Shown piece after piece: positions 1-15,244 of a stretch of 64,000 nt of DNA (the first letter of the stretch is position 1; each line of letters starts with the position of its first letter). The notes beneath the pieces were generated by a model that was not told where the DNA came from, made no database searches, and saw nothing but the letters and a program-made list of their open reading frames with translations. This stretch comes from Octopus vulgaris (Eukaryota), in NCBI GenBank assembly GCA_951406725.2, contig OX597826.1, positions 81,778,001 through 81,842,000 on the forward strand, read 5' to 3'. The position numbers and the translations under genes are program-made.

Positions 1-502
1 AAGGGTGACAAAACAAAATCATTGCTAATTTTTTGGTGCATTTGGGCAAGTCTATGTCTGTATTACCAGACAATTACAAAAAGGTTTAAAAGAATTAAAA
101 TCTCTGCAAAAATCCTGAACAAATTCTTCATGGTTCAAAACGTTGCTTAGTTTTTATTCAACCTGAGAGTAAACATTTCGTGAATGGCGAAATAGTGAGA
201 GTACTTTGAGTCAAGAAACTTTTCAGTATATGATAGGAGGGGACACAGCAAAGTAGCAATTCCGTTGTACAAGACTTAGTCTGGATGGTATCCGTGTTCT
301 TAATGTTTCCTAGATTTTTAAGAAGATTGTAATCACCAGGCAGCCATTTGTCAGTCATTGCTCGCAAAAATACAAGCGACAATGGAAATGCCACTCTGTT
401 GTGTATTGTGTGTGTGCGAGTGTGCTTGCATGCAGGAGTGTGTGCATGTGTGGAGTATATATATCAGATAAGACAGAAAACAATTAAGCTAGAATTACTT
501 AC

Positions 503-596
503 TCAAGGTAATTGTCTGGATAATAAGGAGAAGTAATTGTTTGCCAGCTGTAAGGATGAGACGTATATGACGTCGTGGCTGTACAGATTTTGCTAC
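503..596 (-). CDS. Internal coding exon, N-terminal part of a CUB domain (phase 1 in, phase 2 out)
   Basis: The minus strand has acceptor ttgttttgtgtttgcAG and donor GA|GTAAGT. The 94 nt between them read (G)SKICTATTSYTSHPYSWQTITSPYYPDNYL, matching the CUB start motif C-x(n)-ITSPxYPxNY. Confidence 0.8.
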
Positions 597-3500
597 CTGC
601 AAACACAAAACAAATATTACCATTATAAATACATCGTTAATAGAGAGTTAAAAATAATTAGTGTCATAGTAATTCACATCAAGGACAGGGGAGACAACTT
701 CGAATTTAAATCCATCAAATCCATAGCGAGGAGAAAAACATTACATCAATGATTTATTCGGCAGGGAAAATAAGCCTCGATTATGGATTTATTAAGATTA
801 GCAATAAGAACTAGAAATCATTTTAAAAGTACCGAGGTTTCCCATCCTTGACTTTATGATCCTAAGTTACTCATTCAAGTGACAGACTTTTTTCTCTCAT
901 TAGTACGTGTGTATTTCTAATTCATTTACATTTATTTCATCGCTACATTGAATATCTCAGTTCTCGCTTTGCTGTTAATTCATCGTACAGCAGGCGTCCC
1001 TGGGCAATATTGGCCACCACCACCACCACCAGTAATTGTATTCCATTCTCAGATGACAACCAAAGTGATTTGCTGTATACAGATGATCTACGTTTTTAAA
1101 TTTAGCAGCTCAGGCTACTTGACATCTGCTTGGGGATCTTTAAATATCACAAAATTATGTTGTGCAAAGTAAATACAAATCCGCCAGGTTCTTACAAATG
1201 TAATAACACAGCGATCTGGAAACTCTCGATGAACCGAAAATTAGTCCAATTCGCAGACGAATCTTCCTCAAGAGGTGCTTAAAAGCTAAAGCAGCAAGCA
1301 AAGACAATAATGTCAATACAAACTGGATCTGATATTTGAAGTTATTAAAGAAGTATTTTGATGTTCAAAGAAAATGATTCGAAGGAAATTTGACTGATAA
1401 TTCTTATTAGTCGAGCGCCCGCATGGCGGCTCCATTGTTATGTAATTCCTGAAGAATGTAAAGAAGTATACAACAACGGAGTCAAATTACCCTGAAATCG
1501 TTTGGTGCTCACCTCATAACGAATAAGAAATATTTAACCAACACGAATAAATATATAAAAAAAATACAAAAAACACAGAAGAAACAGAACTCATCACCAA
1601 AAACGGTTTTATCTTTTGGGATTAGGATGAAATAATAATGTTTACCAGAACTGTTCGTACAATAACATGTTCTGCTCTCAGAACTTTGCCGACATTTATT
1701 CAAATGTAATTGTCTCCCATAAATCTGCTTTACAAAATGACAGAAGTTTGCAAAGTTTGCAATATTGTTATTGATCTCCACTTATTGATCTCGCAAAAGA
1801 CTCACTGTAACAATTCTTACAAATGTAGAGAGATGTTCAGTTTTTACAGAGAACATTGCATTGATACCTGTTATTCCCATGTCTTCACGAAGTGTTCACT
1901 CACTCTTCTCATTTAATTCCTCGCCAAATATTTTGTTTTGTTACGTTTCAGGTGTATCTGTTCATTTGTTTCGTCCCTCTCTCTATTTTCTACTTTATGA
2001 CTTGCTTCTCATAACATTTCTTATTTAAAATATTGTTTACCTACCAACACGTGTGCTTCTTAGCAAACATAACAGACGAATTCTGTTGTGTCTGGGGAGA
2101 GTCATTTTCTTTTTATGCCTTATAATCTAACACACTCACTGGTAAAATTTCCACTTTTTTTTTCTTATTTTTATTCTCCTAAAATTTTCGTTGCGTCTTG
2201 CAACATTTTCAATAGTTTTGACTCTCTCTATAAGGCACAAAAAGAAAATGATTCTCCCCAGACACAACAGAATATGCTTCAACGCACGAAATCATATAAA
2301 GAATCTTGCAAACCAAATCCAAAAACGAAATATAACAGACGAAAACTTTTCTTTAAACACTGCAACTTCTCATAAAACCCTCTTTGGCAAATTTCAGATC
2401 GAATATGTCCCTTCTTTTTCCCTATCCGGCTGCTTTGGTCTATCAATTATTTTTCTTCAGCATAAGTAAGCAAATGTTAATAGTTGACATAGCATTGATC
2501 TGTTCATGACACTACACAATTTTCTTTCCTAACTATAAATTTGTGATGATTATTTTCTGCCGAATCTATTGAGTGTATTTAATAGCTTTTGCTAGCCTCA
2601 ATAGTATCACTCTTCTTGTGTTTCCAAAACAACCCACACCGTTCTCCCCTTACCTGTATATATTGCATACTAATTAATCATATCCTTTTATAACGGTGTG
2701 ATAGTAATCTGTAATGGTGTGGAGTTGACAGTAAGAAGCTTGGTTTTATCAAACTCACCGAGGTTAAAACATTCCATGTTCATAAAAGATATGACAAATT
2801 TATTATGGAAATCTCTTTTGCTCTCTCTCTTTCTTTCTCTCTCATCCTCTCTCTGGTTCTCTCTCTCTCTTCTCTCTCCTTCTTTCTCTCATTCCCCACT
2901 CTCTTTTAAACCCAATGATTTAAACAGGATCGATTAAGCGAGGTATAAAATACAGCTGCATCAAGAAACGACAGACAAAAACAATAAAAACAAAACACTA
3001 CAGCAGCAGCAGCAGGGGGAAATGACAACACAAACAACAACAACAACAACGACGATAGAAACACATGCAAACCACAAATAACATTATCTTATTAAACGGA
3101 ATATTATTTTCTCTACGTTGTCAAATACGATTATTTTCTAGAAAATGATGAATTGAAAGTAATTGAAACTAAAAGATAAAAGATGGCTGGGTGGGTGGGT
3201 GGGGGTAATCATTGAAGACAAGAGAGAAAAAAAGGAGGAGAGCAAGAGTGAAAGAGAATTCGAATGAGTTGTTGACAGAGATATATAGGAGTTGTAATAG
3301 AGCGAGTGATGCGGATAACATGCTGTTTTGAACTAAACAGCTGCTAGCAGTTAAGATATTGATCTGCCATTGTTAGCACCTATTTCTGGTCGGTTAACTC
3401 GAAACTAAGACCAGAGAAGGCGCTCCGAGGGGATTTATTTCAGTGACGTTGAAACGTTAAAAGATGAGATCACTAAGTTTTATAGCTTATCTAATCCATC

Positions 3501-6500
3501 GTTAAATCTGTAGAATTTCTTCAGCTAAACCCAATTCTCGGCTATACGAAATATAAGTTAACTGTTTATAGTTAATTTTCTTTAACACAACTCTGTCAAT
3601 GCTAAGTTGTTCCTATATTTCATTCCTCTCCCTCTCTCTGTTTTCTATCTTTTTGTTTATTCCCGCTCTCACTGTATCTCGATATTACCCTCCTTAACTC
3701 CGTCCGTCACTCTTTCTACTTCAGGTTCTCTTTTTCTATTTTCGATTCTGTTATAAAATCACCCAGTCAAATACTTGTGTTGAAATTAAACGAACCATTA
3801 AGTGCACCAAACTGAACTAACAGCTTAATGTATGACTTTCGTTGCAAAATAGCCATTTTATTCTTCTTTCTCATTTCTTAATCTTCAAAATTCCACCCCG
3901 CTTTCTTCCTTCGTTAAACTTCCTTACTCTACCTTTTCCCTCCAGTTTTCATGTCACAAAATGTAATTTGCGAACATTAAACTCGAAATATCTAACTCTC
4001 CGTCCTTCTTATCAAAATTGCTCCCTTTAGGGAATCCTATATAACATTACTTGTGATTTCGCAATAAAAGTTTAGATGAAAAACAAAAGTAAAAAAAAAC
4101 AAAAAAAAAACTAATTTCATTATCCTTACTTCTCCGAATACAAAACATTTCAGCATCAAAAAATATTATTTGAACCAATGATGATGAACATCATTTTGAT
4201 GAGGAGCATCGTCACGATCAGTACCAGGATTGCTACCAACCAGCCGCCATCATAGACAACAGCAATTTACACGTAAGTAACATTACAGCGACAACAATTC
4301 CTTATAGAAATGGTATCATGCAAGAACCAACATATTTTATTGCCAGCTTTGAAATAAATTCGCAAATTCTTTCTGCTTTCATCAATTTTACTTGCTTTCA
4401 CTTTTATTAGAAGATGCATCAGCGAACAAATGAATCAGCTCTCCAGTTTCGATTCATAGCTGTAACCATTTCATTCACTCCATTTATATACGAAGAAATA
4501 ATTCAAATATTGTAACCATAAACAAAGCTATAGGTAATTACATCTCATAATAAACCAAATACCTGATACACGTACAATTCCAGTTTGAAACCCTCTCAGG
4601 TTACTTATAAGTATCGACAAGTATCGTGCTCTTAGATAAGGCAGGAAAAAAAAAACCCAACGCCGGAAATGTCCCAAAGTTAAAAGAAAATGTAGTCGTA
4701 AAAACACCGAATCGGAATCGAAAAATGAGAGTAACGAAGGTTAAATCGTATTTGATAGAAACGTTTGCTCGACATGGCGAGATGTAAACAACAGTAGCAG
4801 CTGCAACAGCAAGAAATGTCACATAAGACAATGTAATCTTAGATAAACAATGTCCAGAAGATAAAAGGGTCGTGCTGACAAGAACACCTTTGACCAAATG
4901 TCTATTGATCGGGTCTGAACTGTTTTATCAGTTAGGACGGAGCAGTGGATAACGAAGACCAGCATTCACTATATTAGGACCCCTCCACCAAACAGTAAGA
5001 TAAAATAATCACAGTTGAATTATTTATTATGTATCATGACAATCCTAATAAATGTAAAAGAACTAAAAGAGTATAAGCCATATGTGGCTAAAGCGATTTG
5101 TGAACAAGTATTAAATGATAGCATATCAATATTGTCCCAGAATTTTCAGTAATTGCACAAGACGTTTGAAAGATAATAAGGAAGCGGTCTGCATAGAAAT
5201 GGCAAACGGAGGGATTACGCTCACTGTTTTGCTCAGTTCATTCTATCTTTCTGTCTCTCATGTCACAGAAAGACAGAATTAACTAAACAGAACAGGCGGC
5301 GAAACGTGGAATGGAGAGTCGCAGGGGAGGTTACAGGATGTGTGACGAAAGACTTTTAGATAAAGGACACTGAAATAAAAATAATAATAAAGCTGAAGTG
5401 GCGACCAAGTATATAGACCGGGTAGTTAATTGGCAAAAGTATGACCGTCCCGAAATATAATAACAATACCTGTTTCAATACACGATTTCACATCCTGAAT
5501 CTTACAAATCAAATACGTAAACGTAAAAGCAGACGACTGGCTGCGAATAATCATAGACTACATTACTGGACATTAGTAACGGTTCACTTCGTTGGTTGAG
5601 GCAAGTCATGTAATTATAATCGTTCTTGATGTGAAGCATCGCACGGTACTAAAGAGGAGATAGCTACTCTGAAACGCATGCATTCATCGATCTGGGTAGA
5701 GGGCGCTCCGAACTGAATTGGTGAGTTCATATCTTTTTGTCTACAGCGAGAATTTTTCTCCATGTCAAAAGGCTTTCTTACGGGGTTCGAATGTGTCTCA
5801 AGTATATTGGAACTGGTAACAAGTTTATGTTAGAACACCTAGAATGCCAGCGAAACACTTATCGAAAATTAAGTTTCGTTAAAAAGGTGAACTATACTTT
5901 GCCATTTCCTCTTTATTCTAGCAGTTCTTTGATGTTATTTTCCTCGCCGGCAATTTCAACAGGGCCAAGAAGAAGAACTATTCGTCGTTGCTAGAAATTG
6001 GAAATAATCTCGATTATCGGTTTTGGGACGCTACGTGCTACTTCCGGAAATGAAGTTTGCCAGACTTACAAGAAATAAGAAGCACCTAGCGATATTTGAA
6101 GTGATGTCTGTGTTATAAGAAATATCAAACAGACCACTTCCTGTCTTTTAACTTGCCCTGCGGGATGGACGGCGGAATTTCCATGTGAACTGATTTCTCT
6201 ATAATGATACTCCTGACTACGATTTCATTTAAGTGGATGATACTCTATCGAATATCTCCAAATTATGTTTGGCTAAATTTATTAGAAGTTAATATGGACA
6301 CACACACACACTCACACACATACACACATATATAAATCTTTTTTTTTATCTATATAGATAGATATACACACAAAGAAGTAAGTAGAAGAATCGAATGATG
6401 CTTTAAAATGTTAGATTTACGAGCGTCAAGCTTAGTGTCCGAGAATGTTCGATAAGAATTCAGAAATGAATAGTTTGATCGAAATCAAACAATTAGATAA

Positions 6501-6766
6501 TGAAATAAATGGTGAAATGATATAACCATGAAGTAGAAGAATAACAGGAACATCTTTTAGAGACTGAGGGGTGTATATATATATATATATATGTATGTGT
6601 ATACACACACACACATGACATGGGTAATTCTTATATTAGAGAAATATAACCAAAGAGAAAGAATCTCTGCAAACAAAGACAAATTAAAGAATGAAGGTAA
6701 ATAAATAAATCAATTGGGAAGACAAGACAGAAAGAGAGGAAGAAAGAAAGAGGAGGAGATGGAAGG

Positions 6767-6900
6767 AAAGGGAGAAGCGAAGAAAGGGAGAAGCGAAGAA
6801 AGGGAGAAGCGAAGAAAGGGAGAAGCGAAGAAAGGGAGAAGCGAAGAAAGGGAGAAGCGAAGAAAGGGAGAAGCGAAGAAAGGGAGAAGCGAAGAAAGGG
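6767..6900. repeat. 16-bp minisatellite (AAAGGGAGAAGCGAAG), about 8 copies
   Basis: Perfect tandem copies read directly from the sequence. Confidence 0.95.
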
Positions 6901-7944
6901 CAGAAAGTGATTGAATATCTTTGCGTGATTTCCAATAGAAAATTGGATTAACGGTTCTCAAAGAATTGGCAACTAGAAAGAAATGATGCTTTCGTCATTG
7001 TTCTTTTAATTATTTTCATATTTCGTTTCATATACAATAGACAATAATAATAATAACAGCAACAACACGTAGAACAATAATAGTTACAACAATATCAAGC
7101 TCAGCAAAAACACCCACCAACGCTTACAAAACGCATCTAACACGAAGCAACAAGACAAACGTAGAAGGAGCATGAACAGCCGAAGCCTAACGACATGAAC
7201 AACAATAGCAGGATCAACAACAAATAAAACGTCAATAGGAACAACAGCCACATGAACAACACGAATAAAAATAACAGCCATCACTTCAACAATAAGACGG
7301 GCAACAATAACAACAGCAACAGCTACAATACTAAATAACAACAACAACATTTTGGAACAATATTGACAACGAAACCTCTGGCAACGCCTGCGACATTAAC
7401 AACGACAACAACATCAAGCAGAAAAATCCACATCGATACGAAAGGAACACTATGAATACCAACAAGAAAAACATTAACTGCAGCAACAACAAGAACAAGC
7501 TTTACAAGAGAAATCCGTGTTGGTAACAAGCAAATATTAACATGTACAACCAACGAAACAAACATTGCATAGAATTAATTTACGGCAATAAAGGATTGCA
7601 AAGAAAAATCGCTGTAATTTGAACCAAGTTTCTTGTCATTTCTGTTTGATAGTTTTTCATATTGTTTTAATTTTCACGCTGAAGATCTCAAAAGTGACGG
7701 ACGGTGATGGTGGGAGGAGGGTAGTGAGGAGGGTGGCGATGATGTTGATGATGATGATGATGATGATGATGGCGATAGTGTAGATTGAAAAATCCCAAAA
7801 CAAAAGACAAAGCAAACAAAAACCCGAAATAACCATAAAACCTAAAGGAGAGAACTAAGAGGAGGAGGAGGAGGAGAAAACTGGAATTCGTTTGTCGGAT
7901 TTGCAGAAGATGGAATGATTTGACAAGGATTTCACTGACACATT

Positions 7945-7966
7945 TCACACACACATACACACATAC

Positions 7967-8003
<37 letters not shown>

Positions 8004-8154
8004 CATACATATATACATACATATATACATACATACATACATATATATATACATACATATATATATATATATACATACATATATACATACATATATATAT
8101 ACATACATATATATATACATACATATATATATATATACATATATATATACATAC

Positions 8155-8185
<31 letters not shown>

Positions 8186-8253
8186 CATACATATATATAT
8201 ACATACATACATATATATATACATACATATATATATACATACATATATATATA

Positions 8254-8293
<40 letters not shown>

Positions 8294-8338
8294 CATACAT
8301 ATATATATACATACATATATATATACATACATATATAT

Positions 8339-8383
<45 letters not shown>
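7945..8383. repeat. Compound (TA)n/(CATA)n microsatellite
   Basis: Read directly. Confidence 0.97.
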
Positions 8384-8386
<3 letters not shown>

Positions 8387-8775
8387 GAGATGCAATGATC
8401 CAGTGGTTAGGGCAGCGGACACGCGGTCGAGGGATCGTGGTTTCGGTTCCCAGACCGGGCGTTGTGAGTATGTTTATTGAGCGAAAACACCTAAAGCTCC
8501 ATGAGGCTCTAGCAGGGGGTGGTGGCAAACCCTGCTGTACTCTTTCTCTCACTCTTTCTTCCTGTTCTTGTTGTACCTGTATTTCAAAAGGGCCAGTCTT
8601 GTCACACACTGTGTCACGCTGAATCTCGTTAAGGGTACACGTGTCTGTGGAGTGCTTAACTGTTTGCACGTTAATTTCACGAGCAGGCTGTTCCGTTGGT
8701 CGGATCAACTGGAACCCTCGTCATCGTAACCGACGGAGTGCCACTACTACTACTACTAGAACTACTACTACTAGA

Positions 8776-8810
<35 letters not shown>
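8384..8810 (+). mobile_element. tRNA-derived SINE (family A) with (CTA)n tail
   Basis: tRNA-like head with A box (ccagtggttagg) and B-box-like ggtttcggttcc, a ~350 bp body and a simple-repeat tail. A decayed 3' half recurs at about 59215-59310. Confidence 0.8.
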
Positions 8811-8959
8811 ACACACACATATATATATGTATATACATATATATATGTATATACATATTATATATGTATATACATATATATATATGTCTATGTGTATATT
8901 GTGTATATATAGGTGTGTGTGTGTATGTATGCATGTACGACAGAGTGTTCCATCGATTG

Positions 8960-9970
8960 ATGATGCGTAGTGTTCGAGAAACGCTCTTTTAAATCGAGGA
9001 TATCGTACAACCCATTTACCATTTGCCGGTTCTAGACTCTCACATATTCTTACCATTCCGTCTCTTATCCACTGTACGTTATTCTATATAGTCTGATCTC
9101 CCCACGAGACAAAAGTATTATCTACACCCTTCTACGTCCTCCATCCGTATTTTGTTACCTGTCTTTCTTATATTTGAGTGAATGGGATCTGCACTCTGGA
9201 AAACCTCATCGTCCTTCCTTGTTCTTCTGTCATCATGCTCCCTTCTCTTCATTCTGATGAATAAACTACCTTGAGAATAGTCTTTTCACTCAGATTATTG
9301 TTCACTTTGACAACAAATATAAAGCGTTCCCTGGGCAACGCACAACGTTTAGGCGGTAATATTTGCTAGAAGAGATGTTGGCGTTCCTTTTCAGATTTAT
9401 TTTTTATTCGGACTGTCTCTGGTCGAGATAAACTACCTTACTTCTCACCTCATCCCAGATAATCTCCACTTGCAGATCTCGACCAAACCAGACACTGAAC
9501 CCTCTAACTGTTCCTCCTGTCCAGCGCCCTACGACGCTGTTGGTGACATGATCCTCCCCGTCCAGGCTCTCTGCTACAAGACCCTTCGTTGATATTCGCT
9601 TCTGTCACCTTACAACCGTACCAACCACCACGATGCTCTTTTGTCAAGCAATATGACGGTAACTAACTCCGCGTAAACCGACACGGATTTATCGCATCCT
9701 AGTTTACGCTCGATGATCCTCGATATCTCTAATTTCTGCAACAGGGGCTCAACTCTCAGTACATATCGAAAAGAGGTGACAGCCTTAACGAACAGAGCGC
9801 ATGGCACTAAATCGTTCCGAAAGTTGGTCATTCACCGAAACTACAGTGCCGCACATTGTAGCGATCGAAATGCAGTAGCGAGGATGGAAACCTGCTTTTA
9901 TGAGGACAGCAACCGTGTATTGATGGTCGACGTACTGAGAGAGCTTTTGACTGATCTAAATGCCTCAAGA
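8960..9970 (-). mobile_element. Decayed L1/Tx1-clade LINE, reverse transcriptase region
   Basis: Frameshifted minus-strand peptides LDQSKA..VDHQY, YVLRVEPLLQKLE, VSVYAELVTV (decayed YADD motif) and VWFGRDLQ occur in the order expected for a Tx1-type RT. The upstream boundary is approximate. Confidence 0.75.
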
Positions 9971-10007
9971 CCCATCGATTCCAGGATTCTCGTCCATCCT
10001 CATTATT

Positions 10008-10238
10008 TATTTCTTTATTGCCCACAGAGGGCTAAACATAGAGGGAACAAACAAGGACAGACAAACGGATTAAGTCGATTGTATCGACCCCAGTGCGTAA
10101 CTGGTACTTAATTTATCGACTCCGAAAGGATGAAAGGCAAAGTCGACCTCGGCAGAATTTGAACTCAGAACGTAACGGCAGACGAAATACCGCTAAGCAT
10201 TTCGCCCGGCTTGCGAACGTTTCTGCCAGCTCGCCGCC
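10008..10238 (-). mobile_element. tRNA-derived SINE (family B), full length, 13-bp TSD
   Basis: Reverse complement of the copy at 57901-58110. Flanked by the direct repeat CATCCTCATTATT at 9995-10007 and 10244-10256. Confidence 0.92.
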
Positions 10239-12306
10239 TTTTTCATCCTCATTATTATGCATCACTTGAAGTGGAAGTTGTCGTGAACCGGATATGTTGT
10301 ACATTTGTTTAAATAATTAAAAACCGCCAGCCACATGGCATGCACGAGTTTTATGTGAACTTGTCCGTTTTTTTAAAAATATTTATATATATATTGCAAT
10401 TAAAATAAACGAACACCCAATTGGTTCCATCACCAGAGTATCACCGTTGATGTTGTCGCCGCTTCTCGTATGTTCTGCAGTTGTTTCTGCCTCCTCTACG
10501 GCGAGAAAGAAAGTCGTAGTTTTCGGGTATTTGGTCCTTGTGCCTATAACTGCGCTAAGCAAATTACAAAACTTGACAAACGGGTTTTTTTCAGGTTATA
10601 TACATAATGTTCTGGGTAGAGTGTTCTTTTGATAAATGGAATAATCCAAACGAATATTAAGTGTAACGCAGACAGGCAGGCGAAGCGGTTGTTGGCGGAG
10701 AGGAAGAGATGAAGAAATTAGCTTCCCTGGTTTGGTAATGGAAGGTTATTATTATTTGTCATCGTTGCAATATATAGGCGTATATATTTATATACTTATA
10801 GACACATATCTCTACGGAATATTCATCATCAATGAACATTTATTTGGATATGTAACAGCAAGGGATTACATGTCGCACGTGCCTAGCTTTATATGTTTAT
10901 AACAAACTATGCTATAAGCATATTAGAAGACCCCAATAAATAAGTGTAACGGGATATATATTAATCTAACTTCTTTTTAACAAACCCAATTTGCAATTCC
11001 TTAAGAGAAAGTTTCTAACGCCGGCGAAACACTGAACCAGTATTATGTATAAATGCTCTATATAAGCTGTAAAATGGAACACCACCACCACCACCACCAT
11101 ATATAAAAAGAATCGTTATTATACATAATAAAAACTTTAACTAACCAAAGTGTGATCTGAATATGGTATATCTGCAATATGAATCTCAAACAAATTTACT
11201 TTGAATACATACCTAAGAAAACAAGAAGAAACAATAAATTTCACTATCAAACCAGGAAAACTATCTCCACTATCCCTCCTCTCTACACATGCCAAGCAAA
11301 CACATAGTTGCCCTCCTCTCCTTCACCAACACTCCTTCCGTAATAACCATTTCTCCTGACTGCCTACACGACATCTAATTCTGATTCACATTACTCCACA
11401 TATCTCCATTGACTGCCAAAAATATTGTGTTTACAGTCCAAGAAACCAAAGTAAACAAAGTCTGGTGACTGCCAGAGAAAAGTTGGAAGACGCAGTCAAC
11501 ACTTTCCTTTTAAAAATTAATGAATTCGTACCCGGGGAAACGGTACTGAGTGATCCTTTAATTTGATGTTAAATTGCTTTTCATATAACTTCACACAAAC
11601 ACACACATAAACATTGTGTGTGTGTGTGTGTGTGTGTGCGTGTATGCATGCATGTGTGTGTATATGTATATATATATATAGACACATATATTACCGATAT
11701 ATATACACACACATATTAGCTATATATATATATATACATACATACATAGACTGATATATATATATGTGTATATGCATGTGTGTGTACGTGCTTGTGTGCT
11801 TCTGTATATGACTGCCTGTGTATTGGTATGTAATATTAGTTCGGTATCAGTGGAATCAGTCATTACGATTCATAATATACTTCTGTAATTATACTAAATA
11901 CATTTATAGATTGTTTATTTCATTCAGCAATGTAGATTTTTCATATTTTTCATATCATTTTCTAAGACACAGCATTAACTTAAAGGGGAAAAAAATCCTC
12001 GAACAAATATAATTATAAATACATCCTGCATTAATGTCAGCAGAATGGTTGAACCCCACTCACCGTCACTCGTTCATTAATATCTATCTATATATATATG
12101 ACAGCGGAGATAATTGTGTATGTGTGTGTGCATGCACACATGCAATCTCAGACACAGATATACTCGCGCATACAAACACATACATACACGAACAAAAATA
12201 CTCATACATACATACATACATACGTATATATATATATATATAAATATAAACATGGACGTATGTAATAGATAAGTAATTTACATATATGAATATGGATATA
12301 TGTATA

Positions 12307-12338
<32 letters not shown>

Positions 12339-14510
12339 ATAGACGCACAGTGATACACATCAGCATAAATGCAAATAATTGCGACATTTTTTCTTTTATA
12401 GATGGAAGTTACAGGGGAGTAAAAACAAAACAAAAAGCACTTATAACTTTACGGTGATTGGTGAAATTCTGTGAATTATTACCAAGACAAATGCATAATG
12501 TTCTGTATAAACACATAACAGAATAGAAAAATACCTATATGAAACAGACCAAAATATACTTAATGCATTTCTGATCAACACAAATTGCCCTTGGGTCGTC
12601 TCTGGAATGTTTTAAGAGTGCCATTCCAAATGCATGAGGAAACAAACATAGAATGTATTGTTGTAATCTTCTGTTGGAATCTAAAAGTGTTTCGGAAAAA
12701 TAACTAATGACTCTTAATGGTGAACAAAATCTTGCGTACGTGAATGTTCAGATACAAAAGGGAAGTCGCTGAAATTTCTCGTACCATCTTATAAAACATA
12801 ACGAAAGGCACATCGCATAATGAATAATGGGGGCCTGGATGTGATAACAAAAGGGCGGTAATGTGACGTCTTGCACATGCGTCTGTTGATAGACAAATCC
12901 ATCCAACCATCCATCCAACCATCCATCCATCCAGCCAGCCATAAATAAAATGTAGTGGTATGCTAACATTGCCTCATTTCATTGCTATAATATACGATAC
13001 ATCATATTTACAGATTCGGTGGCCAACATTGTTTTAGAACTACTGTAAACCTTGCATCTACCCATGATCTTCCTAATTTGCCCTGGCGCATAATATTAAG
13101 GAATTTGTTGGGGGATAGTCAAGTTAGGCACATACTGGCAGATAACAGTTCCAAAACGAGTCGAAATATGAACACAACTATTTCCTCCTCTTCAGTTTGT
13201 GACTGTTTTGAGTAGACGATATGTGAACATTTACCATAAAAAAGTGTTGACTAACAAATCTATGGACATATTTTCTGGCGTATTCCAAAGTAATACGTAC
13301 ACTTATAAGTGACTCTTACCGAACACCTTACGAGTTCTCCAGGAATGCAACAAAATTAGTCCTTTAACAGTGATTCACCTATTGAATAAATTTATATTCC
13401 TCTATCTTAGATTATTGACTCCCTAACTTTGTTGTTCCTTGTGTTTCCAACTGAATCGCAACGCCAGCCGCACACAGATGCACCCCCCCCCTGCACACGC
13501 GCATACATGCAAACCAGCAAATGATTTGCATTTTGATTGTGATAATGGAACTCTATGAGCCAAAGAGCTGTAGCTGTGGGTGTTTTACCCATGGCAGCTC
13601 TGAGGAAGCTAAGCATATCTGAAGTGGAGGCTTATACTGAATGAGACAGAGAATGTTCACCAAGATTAGCAGCTGTTGGCTATGTTTGCTTAGGAGTGAC
13701 ACTTTCCTTGACGTAAAAGGAACTGAGGAGTTCTGGTCTGTGACCACACTGGAGTTCTTCTAGATCAAACCGAAAGAGAAGAAAAAGAGCTCAGAATTTA
13801 TTTACCTGCCTATTATCTTGCGAAGAGGATGTTCAACTGAGCAAACAAAACACAGACGAAAAGAAATGCACAATGTATATGTAATAAAAGCTATGCTCTC
13901 TCTCTCTAAACGAAACACAATCACAAGAGCGTCACCAAAAGGACACCCACAGCAAACAAAGACAAATCCAGAAACAACCAAGAGGTTGGCGGCACTGAGT
14001 ATTGATGATTTTGTCTGGGATGCGCCATCCAAATGATATGTCTCTGACGACGTTCAACTCACGTGATACATCATAGAAAGAACCTGGCATGAGTTAAGGC
14101 CCTGATCAGTTTAGTTGTATATAAAGTTTTGTTAGGTTCAATCATTAATAGTTAGCGGTTGTCCTAAAAGGCAGCTGATCTTCAGAGTTTGTTTTCAGAT
14201 TCTGAAACTCTGCGATATACGGCAACATATTCTCAGCAGTGAGAAGAAATGGCCACCTGTTGGAATCGCACAGCATACAATATCGTGATGTTGTTGATTG
14301 ACGATATTGTGCCTACCGGGGGTTTGCACTGTTTGTCAAGAAACAACAAGGATCTCGGACAGACAGTACTTTAGGCAATATGCGTAGAGTTCCAAGTAAT
14401 ACTGACTTTGCATTACATCTAGAGTGTAGGGTATTTCTAGAGCTTTTATGAGTTTTTTTCAGATTGGGTGGTATTGAACTCAATGCTCCGATGACATATC
14501 TTCATCATCA

Positions 14511-14557
<47 letters not shown>

Positions 14558-15244
14558 GTTGTTGTTGTTGTTGCTATTATTATCATCAACGTTTTTTGCA
14601 ATATTTTTTCTAATTCGAGAGAAATTTTTAGGAAGAAAACTTTATCAAAATCGAATGAATGATTAAATTTCGATTTTCAGTTTTATGTAAAGAATGAATC
14701 TAACCAATAATTGCATACTCAAACAAGCAGCGACGAACAAAAAACAAAAACAAAAAAACAAACAAAGCAGCACATTAAGCAACATTAGTGACAACAATAT
14801 CACCAGCAATTACAATCAGACTATTGTTAGCAACCCAAGACCGACAAATAAAATCTTGCATGGTTGAACAAATCTCTTTAACGCTTTATGTTTGATCGTG
14901 TGGCCACATCTAATCGTTTATTATTAGAAAAAGATTAATAAAATAAATAGGGCAACAAGAATTCAATGCGCAGCTAGGCTAATTAGTAAACTCAACAAAA
15001 ATATATTAGGAGGACGGAATAAGCAAGGAAACGGCCGAGTAGATAGGATGACTCTTTTGTAACTGACAACTGACCTATACTTCTAAGAACCGTAAGTTGT
15101 TACAGCTTGTATTCAATTGTTATTATGCTTAGATATTTGCAATATTTTTTCCGTGGGGTTCGGTGTCTTTTCTATCTTCTGTGGAACATCTCATGTCAAA
15201 TAAAAGAAAAAAGTAAATCCAAAACTGAGGCTGTAATAAAAATA

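Noticed and set aside
1513-1594. Hydrophobic minus-strand reading MSSVSSVFFVFFLYIYSCW... before a G|GTGAGC donor, resembling a signal-peptide exon for the exon at 596
   Set aside because: An in-frame TGA lies immediately before the donor, and T-rich DNA gives hydrophobic peptides by chance.
6767-6900. Regular 16-bp repeats as a CRISPR-like array
   Set aside because: There are no spacers. This is a plain eukaryotic minisatellite.
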